Below, one piece after another: positions 57,000-64,000 of a stretch of DNA of 64,000 bases. The notes under the pieces are model-generated. The model ran no database searches and was not told the origin of the DNA. It saw only the letters and a program-made list of their open reading frames with translations. Numbering within the stretch: the stretch's first letter is position 1; every line of letters starts with the position of its first letter. The stretch covers positions 862 through 64,861 of the IMG/VR virus record IMGVR_UViG_3300042444_000560, one strand, 5' to 3'. The position numbers and the translations under genes are program-made. Origin of the DNA: a virus. Taxonomy: Duplodnaviria; Caudoviricetes.

Positions 57000-59099
57000 A
57001 TGCAACTGAAATTTGGCGGTTGGCCGCTTTACTTTCCCGACCCTGACGGCGTAATCGCTAGCCACATCAAGGCGCATTTAAGCACTTGGTATGAGCCTAC
57101 GCCAACTGCTTCTCATTTGAAGCGCAAAATTACCGACGACTGTTGTCATTCACAACTGCCCCTGTTTACGCCTAACTGGCGACCAGAGCCGCGGCTGTCG
57201 CTGTATCAAATGTTTTTTCCTGCTGGGTTTACTCGGTGGGCAAAAATCTATGTTTTTATGGACGCCCGTTCGTTTACCCGCGCAAGAAACGGGGAGTCGC
57301 AGCCAGATAGCGGCGTGACTGGCGGTCTTTACATGCCGTTTACTTACAGCGCTGATTTCAATTACGGCGAGACAACAAAGACCATTAGCGGCACACTGGA
57401 CATGCGGATTTCCCGCGCCGTTAAAATTGGCGATGACATTTTCCCAGCACTCAGTTCCAGCCAGTCATTCTATCTTGTCGAATTAGTTGACCGCCGTTAC
57501 GAACTCCAGTTTATCAACAACCCCGAAATCAATTTCGTCAACTGGAGCGCGTTTAACTCCTCGCTGGCATCAGCAATGGGTCTGCCTGATGTTACTGCGC
57601 CTATTTTGAACGCAGTTACAACTTGGGGCCAACCTGACTTGAGGCACCTAAAGAGGCCGCACGAAAATATCGCTGTCTTGGCCGAGGCTGCGTATTACTC
57701 GTTCGGCTACGTCTACGAGCCCGGCATTATTCAATCGTCAACTCCAATCAGGATTACGGGAGAGGATGACAGCCCTGTCGGCTCGACGCCACCAAGCTAT
57801 GCAATCTCATTCACCAAGCGGGTTCAAGGAAAGGTTCGCTGCGATTTAGAACCGTACTTGCTGTTTGTCGGAGACGAATACACCGACAGCAACGTTCCGA
57901 TAATCTACAGTTCCATGACAGCGAAAATGTCAATCGCGTCAAGCGGAACTCCATCCAACTTGGCTGACCTTCAGGCTTTTTCAAGCGCATTAGACTCGCT
58001 TTGGCAATCTCGAACCCCATCCCCGCTCAAACGCACCGGCTCCTTGTTTCATTTTTCCAACTTCTCCCAGCAAGATTCAGTTGAAGATTATTGCTTGGTA
58101 AATTTTCACGATGTTGGTGCAGGAAACACTTGGGAGCGGGTAGGCTCACTGCCGGGCCAGTCGGTTATTCACAGCTATGTCGTTGCCAGCCAGGAGCTAC
58201 CAAGTAACTGCGACGAGATTATTCGGTTTCGGTTGATTGAACCGCTGTTTTCCTGCGGCGAGTCTTATGCTTACCGGTTGTCTAATGCCAGCGATGCCTC
58301 CGAGTGTCCGTGCGAAACTACCGAGTTGATTCGTGTAAAAGACACGGCCGGCTTGGCTACACTTCGAGAATATCAATTTCCGGTTTCATCTAGCTCCGGC
58401 CCTGCGATGGAGTACGGCTCCTCGGGCTCCGGCCAGCCTTCTTCCGAGCCCTCGCTTAAATTTGCGCCCAGCGGCGCCATGGGATTCGCAAGGCTCCTGG
58501 AGTGCGACAACAGCGAATCTGACGTTTGGGAGGTGATTTCGATTGGCGAGGGCTGCTGCACGCCTTCCGGCAGCTCGTCCAGCGGCAGTTCATCTGGTTC
58601 TGGGAGCAGTTCGAGCAGCAGTTCGGGGCCGCCGCCAAGTTCAAGCTCCGGTTCTGATTATCAATCCAGCTCTAGTTCCAGTTCCAGTTCTGGCTCTGGG
58701 TCCGGTTCTAGTTCCAGTTCTGGCTCTGGTTCCAGTTCGGGTTCGGGTTCTGGCTCTGGCTCCAGTTCAGGCTCAGGCGATGACAGTTGTGTTTCTGTTT
58801 ATGAGACCGATGTTCGCTGCGAAATGGGGCTTTTGAATCAGTACAAGAGAATCATCACAATTTGCTTCACAGGCACCGGCCTGACCAAATACACCGGCGA
58901 GTGGTATTGGGACCGCAATTCGGGTTGCTGCGATTGCCCGCCATCGAGCAGTTCCAGTTCTGGCTCGGGTTCGAGCAGCTCCGGGTCCAGCAGTTCGGGC
59001 AGCGTGTCCTGCCCGCCAAACTCGTTCTGGAACGGAACTGAGTGCGAGTGCAATCCTGGCTTTGTCAAAGTCGGCGGAAATTGCCAGCCGATTGAGTAG
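57000..59099 (+). CDS. Putative tail protein with Ser/Gly tracts and a C-terminal EGF-like Cys module
   Basis: Poly-Ser/Gly tracts; CPPNSFWNGTECECNPGFVKVGGNC. Confidence 0.7.
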   Translation: MQLKFGGWPLYFPDPDGVIASHIKAHLSTWYEPTPTASHLKRKITDDCCHSQLPLFTPNWRPEPRLSLYQMFFPAGFTRWAKIYVFMDARSFTRARNGESQPDSGVTGGLYMPFTYSADFNYGETTKTISGTLDMRISRAVKIGDDIFPALSSSQSFYLVELVDRRYELQFINNPEINFVNWSAFNSSLASAMGLPDVTAPILNAVTTWGQPDLRHLKRPHENIAVLAEAAYYSFGYVYEPGIIQSSTPIRITGEDDSPVGSTPPSYAISFTKRVQGKVRCDLEPYLLFVGDEYTDSNVPIIYSSMTAKMSIASSGTPSNLADLQAFSSALDSLWQSRTPSPLKRTGSLFHFSNFSQQDSVEDYCLVNFHDVGAGNTWERVGSLPGQSVIHSYVVASQELPSNCDEIIRFRLIEPLFSCGESYAYRLSNASDASECPCETTELIRVKDTAGLATLREYQFPVSSSSGPAMEYGSSGSGQPSSEPSLKFAPSGAMGFARLLECDNSESDVWEVISIGEGCCTPSGSSSSGSSSGSGSSSSSSSGPPPSSSSGSDYQSSSSSSSSSGSGSGSSSSSGSGSSSGSGSGSGSSSGSGDDSCVSVYETDVRCEMGLLNQYKRIITICFTGTGLTKYTGEWYWDRNSGCCDCPPSSSSSSGSGSSSSGSSSSGSVSCPPNSFWNGTECECNPGFVKVGGNCQPIE
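58566..59003 (+). repeat. Ser/Gly low-complexity coding repeats (two tracts)
   Basis: TCC/AGT/TCT/GGC arrays at about 58566-58780 and 58944-59003. Confidence 0.8.
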
Positions 59100-59117
59100 T
59101 GCTTGTTATCTGGGGGG

Positions 59118-60152
59118 ATGGGTGTGATTTTTCTAATCGGTTATCCGAGTGAAGTGGGCGGAGCCTGCACTGAGGCTTGGCACACGATTCGGATTTGGCG
59201 AAAGATGGGCCTCGATGTTGGCTTAATACCGACTTGGGGCGCTGGCGACGACTGGCGGCAACGCTGTGCCGAGATTGGCTGCGTGACGTTTGACGCCGAG
59301 CCTTCGTCGCTGGCCAAGGTTGACGGCTTGCGAGGTTCGCTGGTTGTTTCGTTTTGCAACGACAACTTCCTAAGCAGTTACCATGCGTTTCGGGAGCTGG
59401 GCTGCAAAGTTGTTTGGGCCAACTGCATGACCTTTCTGTTTGAAAAGGAGAGGGAGGTTTTTCGCAAGCACGGCCCGCCTGATGCTTTCATCTTTCAATC
59501 CGAGTTCCAAAAATCGGAACTGACTCCGCAGCTTGAGCTGTATGGATACACCCCGGACAAGGCTTGGCTGATTCGAGGGGCGTTTGACCCGGACGAATTT
59601 GAGTTTTCTCCTCGCCCTCATCGCTCATCCGAGCCGTTTGTGTTTGGCCGCATGGCTCGCCCGGATGCGGATAAGTGGTCAAGCAATACCTGGCCGATTT
59701 ACTCTGCGGTTCAATACCAAAAAAAACGGGTAATGATGCTCGGCTGCGACGAGCGTACTTTGGCGAAAATCGGTAGCCCGCCGACCTTTGCGGATTGTCT
59801 CAAGCCAAATGCGATGCCGGTACAGCAATTCCTGGCGCTCTTGCATTGCCTGTTACCGATTAACGGCGGGGCCCGTGAGAACTGGCCGAGGGCGGGATTG
59901 GAAGCGATGGCTGCCGGCGTTCCAGTGGTCGCCCAGGGCTTCTGGGGTTGGCGGGAAATGATTGAGCATGGTGTTACCGGGTTCCTCGCCGACAATGATT
60001 GTGAGCTTGCGCACTACACGGCTGCCTTGGCTTACGACGAACCTCTAAGGCTGAGAATCGCCAAGCAAGCCCGGGAGCGGCTGGTGGGCGAGCTTTGCTC
60101 TGAATCTGTTATTGCCGGACTTTGGTCCAGCCTGTTTTCGTTTTTGAGTTAA
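59118..60152 (+). CDS. Glycosyltransferase, GT-B (GT4-like)
   Basis: ENWPRAGLEAMAAGVPVV...EMIEHGVTGFL. Confidence 0.88.
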   Translation: MGVIFLIGYPSEVGGACTEAWHTIRIWRKMGLDVGLIPTWGAGDDWRQRCAEIGCVTFDAEPSSLAKVDGLRGSLVVSFCNDNFLSSYHAFRELGCKVVWANCMTFLFEKEREVFRKHGPPDAFIFQSEFQKSELTPQLELYGYTPDKAWLIRGAFDPDEFEFSPRPHRSSEPFVFGRMARPDADKWSSNTWPIYSAVQYQKKRVMMLGCDERTLAKIGSPPTFADCLKPNAMPVQQFLALLHCLLPINGGARENWPRAGLEAMAAGVPVVAQGFWGWREMIEHGVTGFLADNDCELAHYTAALAYDEPLRLRIAKQARERLVGELCSESVIAGLWSSLFSFLS

Positions 60153-60165
60153 TCGGAGCTGCCTT

Positions 60166-60873
60166 GTGAATCATGAATTGACCGTCTCTGTTACTACGTG
60201 GCCGAGTCACCCAAGACGAGTTGAATACTTTTGCCGAACGGTCGATGCGTTTGCCGATGAACTTTCGAGGCACAACCTAAATGTAAAGTGGGTTATTTCT
60301 TCAGAATCCGAAATCCCTGCTGATTCTGTTTTTTGTGAGGATGAGCTGAAAAGGCAATGTGAGTTTCGCGGGCTGTCGGTGCGATTCCGAGAACGGCCTG
60401 CCAGTCTTGGTTCCCACCTAAATGAACTTATTTCCTCGCTGACGACTGATTTGTGGTTCTACCTGCAAGACGATTGGATTGTAAAAAGAAAAATTCCATT
60501 AACTGAGGCGTGCGATTTTTTATTGAACAATGAAACGTTTGGTGGCGTGAGGTTCTGGGCTAATACCGGCCACTCAGGGGTTGTTGGCCGATGGAGCGTC
60601 CTTCAAAAAGGCGCGGCGTGGTATTACGGCGATAACCCCGCGCTTTGGCACCGACGATTCAATCAGTCAATTGGTCCTTTTTGTGAACACGGAAGCTTTG
60701 GTTATCACGAAGGGGACGCTTCGGCAAGGGCGAGCGGCTCTGCGCTGGAATTGGCTGCGCCTTTGCCTGTCAAGAAACATGCTAATTGGTATTTCGACCA
60801 CCTCGGCGAGATTACCAGTGTTCCGAACGACCCGAGGTGGGACCATGCGGCAAGGAGAAGGGGGCAGGCGTGA
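60166..60873 (+). CDS. Glycosyltransferase, GT-A (GT2-like)
   Basis: VSVTTW..R, FYLQDDW, NPALW. Confidence 0.7.
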   Translation: MNHELTVSVTTWPSHPRRVEYFCRTVDAFADELSRHNLNVKWVISSESEIPADSVFCEDELKRQCEFRGLSVRFRERPASLGSHLNELISSLTTDLWFYLQDDWIVKRKIPLTEACDFLLNNETFGGVRFWANTGHSGVVGRWSVLQKGAAWYYGDNPALWHRRFNQSIGPFCEHGSFGYHEGDASARASGSALELAAPLPVKKHANWYFDHLGEITSVPNDPRWDHAARRRGQA

Positions 60874-62504
60874 AGTTGACAGCGGTTTGTTGTACGTTTC
60901 ATCGCCCGTTTGGGCTGGGTATTCTGATTGAGAGCTTTCTCAGGCAGGACTACCCGAAAGAACTTCGAGAGCTGGTCATCCTGGATGATGCGGGGCAGTA
61001 CGATAACCAAACCGGCGAGGGTTGGCGGTTAGTTTCCGTTCCATGCCGATTTAATTCGCTTGGCGAAAAGCGCAATGCTTGCGCAGCAATCGCCTCGCTA
61101 GATACACAAGGATTCTTGGTGGCCGACGATGATGACATTTACCTGCCGCACTGGTTCTCAACCCAAGCGGCGGCGCTGAAGCAGGCGGATTGGTCTCGAC
61201 CGGGCATTGTGCTTGTTCACAAAAGCGAAACCGAACTAGCTGAGCAGCCGACAGGCGGCCTTTACCACGGGGGCTGGGCGTTTCGCCGGGAGGCGTTTTA
61301 CCGAGTACATGGCTATGGCCCGTACAACAACGGAGAGGACCAAGAGTTTGCCGCCAGATTGAAAGCGGCTGGTGTTTCCGAGATTGACCCCAGCGAAACC
61401 GCGCCGCCTTTCTATATCTACGTCAACAACAATCACAGTTACCACCTGAGCCACATGGGTAATGATGGATACGGCTTACTGGGGCAGCGGCAGGCCGATA
61501 AGGTTCCGTTGCGTGTTCGCTGGCCAATGGATTTTTCGGCTCTGCCGGTCCAAAGGAAATTCTGTGCGGCCGATGGCGGGATTCATCAAGACAACAAACG
61601 GAAGGTCACTCTCATCGGCCCGATTGCTGGTCCTGGCGGTGACGGCCCATCTAATGGAATGTCCGCACTGCAAGCCGAGTTGCGAAAGCGGATAGACAGG
61701 GGCCTTGATTGGTTTGAAATACGCTCGCTCCCAGCACCCAGCGACAGTCTGGCGTGGTTCTGGAATTGGAACGACCGGGATTACGCCCGATGGTGGAACA
61801 AGACTGGACGGCCGTTTGTGCTTGGGCCCAACGTCATGTTCTATAACTCGGCAACGCCTCGCTGCGACCGGCTGGAAGCTGACCTGCTTGACGCCAAGCA
61901 CTGCAAAGCGATGTTTTGCCATACCCCTTGGTATCGAAACCTGCTCGCCAAGCACAAAGGGGCTGACAACCAAGCTGAAATCCATCTTTGGCCGTATCCG
62001 ATTGACCCGATGCCAGGGCCGCCTCTGCCAGCCAAATACGACCTCTTGATTTATGGAAAAAACGGCTATCGCCCAGGGCTGCTTGAATTTTTGGCCGAGC
62101 AGTTTCCAAATCACGTTCAAATTCACTACGGCCGGTACAAGCGGGATGAGCTTTACGAAGCGGCCAGACAGTCCCGAGCTTGCGCTTACCTTGCCGACGA
62201 CGACCACGGGCCGTTGGCTTTACAAGAGATTCTGCTGGCCGGCTGTCCAGCGGTAGGTGTCCGCACGGGAGCCTCATTTATTACTGACGGGGCGACTGGG
62301 ATTTATGTTGACAGGCTACCTCCCGCCCCTGCTTTTGCGTCCCGCGATGACGACCGCGATTGCCTTTCCCGGTACTTGCAGTCCGTGGGATTGGCGATGA
62401 CCCTGAACCGCGAAGCGGTTAGCCAGTTTGCGCGGGCCCAGTTTGACACGTCAGTTATTGTCGATAGGCTGCTTGCTATTCTTGACGAATTAAGGGGTAG
62501 GTAA
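60870..62504 (+). CDS. Bifunctional glycosyltransferase (GT-A plus GT-B)
   Basis: QDYP..ELVILDD, GEKRN, ADDDDIYLP, GED; C-terminal GPLALQEILLAGCPAV. Confidence 0.85.
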   Translation: MKLTAVCCTFHRPFGLGILIESFLRQDYPKELRELVILDDAGQYDNQTGEGWRLVSVPCRFNSLGEKRNACAAIASLDTQGFLVADDDDIYLPHWFSTQAAALKQADWSRPGIVLVHKSETELAEQPTGGLYHGGWAFRREAFYRVHGYGPYNNGEDQEFAARLKAAGVSEIDPSETAPPFYIYVNNNHSYHLSHMGNDGYGLLGQRQADKVPLRVRWPMDFSALPVQRKFCAADGGIHQDNKRKVTLIGPIAGPGGDGPSNGMSALQAELRKRIDRGLDWFEIRSLPAPSDSLAWFWNWNDRDYARWWNKTGRPFVLGPNVMFYNSATPRCDRLEADLLDAKHCKAMFCHTPWYRNLLAKHKGADNQAEIHLWPYPIDPMPGPPLPAKYDLLIYGKNGYRPGLLEFLAEQFPNHVQIHYGRYKRDELYEAARQSRACAYLADDDHGPLALQEILLAGCPAVGVRTGASFITDGATGIYVDRLPPAPAFASRDDDRDCLSRYLQSVGLAMTLNREAVSQFARAQFDTSVIVDRLLAILDELRGR

Positions 62505-62947
62505 TGGAAATTGGCGCTTGCGCCCACCGTGGAGGGATTATCGGCGAGGAGTGGTCTGGGTTCACCGGGCGATTCGAGCCTGTCTTCCGCTGCGATGTCC
62601 ACAGTAGCTGCGTTTTACTGCGGATTAACGACAAGCCTTACCAGCGTTGCCTTGGGTGCAAGGATACCAAACGGCCGGCCGAGGGCCAGCCAGCGCCTGG
62701 GTTGATGGCTGAAGCGTCAGCGGTCGAGGGGGAGTTTTCCTGTATTCACCGCAAGGAAGTTGCCTATACTGTTGAGGCTGGTAGCCGTCCCTGCGTTCGG
62801 CGGTCGATAACGGTTTGGAATTGCGAGAAACACGGGGAGTGCAGCCTGCGGTTTGAGAGCTGCTTGAACGGCAAGGTCAAAGGATGCTCGACCTGTAGCG
62901 ATTTAACTAGCTTGGTGCAGATAAATGCGAATCAAGGTGCTGACTGA
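62504..62947 (+). CDS. Cys-rich hypothetical protein
   Basis: Two similar C.HR...C..H..C...CxxC halves. Confidence 0.6.
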   Translation: MEIGACAHRGGIIGEEWSGFTGRFEPVFRCDVHSSCVLLRINDKPYQRCLGCKDTKRPAEGQPAPGLMAEASAVEGEFSCIHRKEVAYTVEAGSRPCVRRSITVWNCEKHGECSLRFESCLNGKVKGCSTCSDLTSLVQINANQGAD

Positions 62948-63296
62948 ACGGCAGGACTGCGTGCTCTTGATGATGATGCGCGCAAATAACGGCTCTCCTT
63001 ACGGCGCTGCTTTTCCGGGCACTTTGACCGTCAAGATGAACAAGGACTTCAGTCCGTTCAACGCCGTCGCGCTCGCAAGTGTAACCAACGCCAAATACGA
63101 GCCTCCCAAAGGCACAGTGGCACTGCCTGACCCGCGATGGAACCCTGGCGTGGACGGCAAGGACGGGTTTAACCTAGAAGTCGTCATTCCCAAGGCTAAC
63201 TTCTCGGGGCCGGGGACTTACTTCGTCAGCGTGAGCTGGGGCGACGACGCCCAGACATTTCGGGTTCATGTCGGTTCAGGATGGGATGGGACGTAA
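62925..63296 (+). CDS. Hypothetical protein (Ig-like)
   Basis: Coupled ORF; GPGTYFVSV. Confidence 0.55.
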   Translation: MRIKVLTERQDCVLLMMMRANNGSPYGAAFPGTLTVKMNKDFSPFNAVALASVTNAKYEPPKGTVALPDPRWNPGVDGKDGFNLEVVIPKANFSGPGTYFVSVSWGDDAQTFRVHVGSGWDGT

Positions 63297-63592
63297 TGGA
63301 CAACCAAATTTCCGCTATTTTCCTCGGGGCAAGCCGAATGGCGATTCAGGCTGAGTCGTCCTTCCAGACGATTGCGGCCGTCATCAAGGACCGTGCAAGG
63401 CAGGAAAAAGCCCCCGACGCCTTCCGGGATGAGCTGCTTGCCGACGTGGCCGCACTGGCCGCTAAATTCTCCCAGCCGTGGCCAAAAGAGGGGGAAGCAT
63501 CCGGGCCGCCAAGCTCCCTCGGCACTGGCGAATCAAGCCCGGCAAAGGCTGAGGCCACTGCTAATACCGCAGGGTGCGGTTCATGCAAATAG
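63296..63592 (+). CDS. Hypothetical protein
   Basis: Coupled ORF. Confidence 0.5.
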   Translation: MDNQISAIFLGASRMAIQAESSFQTIAAVIKDRARQEKAPDAFRDELLADVAALAAKFSQPWPKEGEASGPPSSLGTGESSPAKAEATANTAGCGSCK

Positions 63593-64000
63593 CTCAAGTA
63601 ACGCAAGTCGAGATTCTGAAAGCAATCCGCAACCGGCTGCTGGATAAGGTGAGCGACCTGTTTGGGCAGGATAATCTCTATTTCGATGACCAGCCACTGC
63701 CTCGGGACGCCCCCGATTTTGACCTGTGCTGCTCGATTGCGGTCAGCAACAGCGTCTATGGCAGCCAAGGCTACGAGCGCACGACAATGCCGCCCTGCGG
63801 CGTCATGGAGTCCTGCCACGTTCTCATAACTCCGATGGTCCGCATGGAGTCGGAGCAGCCGCACAACCTCAATATCTCACTGGCCGAGGACCGCTCCCGG
63901 GGGCTGGTTACGGTCGTAAAGCCGAAAATACTGTCGGCCCTGCTGGTGGATTACAACGGCACGACTGGCACTCGGCAGCGGTGGCAGCCGCGGAACGGGG
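63583..64000 (+). CDS. Partial ORF, possible tail completion protein (runs off the window)
   Basis: MQIAQVTQVEILKAIRNRL... open to the window end. Confidence 0.45.
   Translation, partial: MQIAQVTQVEILKAIRNRLLDKVSDLFGQDNLYFDDQPLPRDAPDFDLCCSIAVSNSVYGSQGYERTTMPPCGVMESCHVLITPMVRMESEQPHNLNISLAEDRSRGLVTVVKPKILSALLVDYNGTTGTRQRWQPRNG

Larger units (their letters stand above)
1..64000. mobile_element. Temperate tailed bacteriophage genome segment (Mu-like head module, lambdoid early region), probably infecting Planctomycetota
   Basis: Integrase plus attP, repressors, Bet/Exo, DnaB, terminase, portal, capsid and tail genes; no host housekeeping genes. Host assignment is inference. Confidence 0.93.

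Noticed and set aside
1-64000. CRISPR array
   Set aside because: No regularly spaced 25-45 bp repeats with unique spacers; the palindromes are dispersed and the other repeats are coding.
1-64000. Alternative genetic code or stop-codon reassignment
   Set aside because: Genes are full-length and tightly packed under the standard code, and all three stop codons are used.

Overview
The whole window reads as part of one temperate tailed phage genome with no host housekeeping genes. The host is inferred to be a Planctomycete, from the CsrA and integrase style and the roughly 60% GC estimated by eye. A tyrosine integrase sits next to a 3' tRNA-Leu(CAG) fragment with phage genes on both sides, which indicates an intact attP (excised or free form). 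In order, the window holds: a leftward early operon (csrA, YqaJ exonuclease, Bet, three tRNA-like elements, NinG, SNase); int/attP; two XRE regulators; replication genes (DUF1376-type initiator, DnaB); terminase; a Mu-gp29-like portal fused to an extra domain; two 'polyvalent' proteins (723 aa and about 3180 aa; TGT/DpdA-like, ART and GNAT domains); decoration/fibre and protease genes; protease-scaffold, cement and major capsid genes; a tail operon with a -1 frameshifted chaperone; and a Ser/Gly-rich EGF-tipped protein followed by three glycosyltransferases. The most notable observations are: (1) a [VI]-[ED]-R-Y motif at domain boundaries of the portal, the polyvalent proteins and the prohead protease, suggesting protease-released virion effectors; (2) 13 perfect TAGG-N6-CCTA palindromes spread across the genome; (3) a duplicated terminator-leader motif next to a YezD/DUF2292-like ORF; (4) a Ser/Gly-tract plus glycosyltransferase cassette; (5) tandem tRNA mimics with aberrant anticodon arms. 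All family assignments come from motif recognition by eye; no database search was run.
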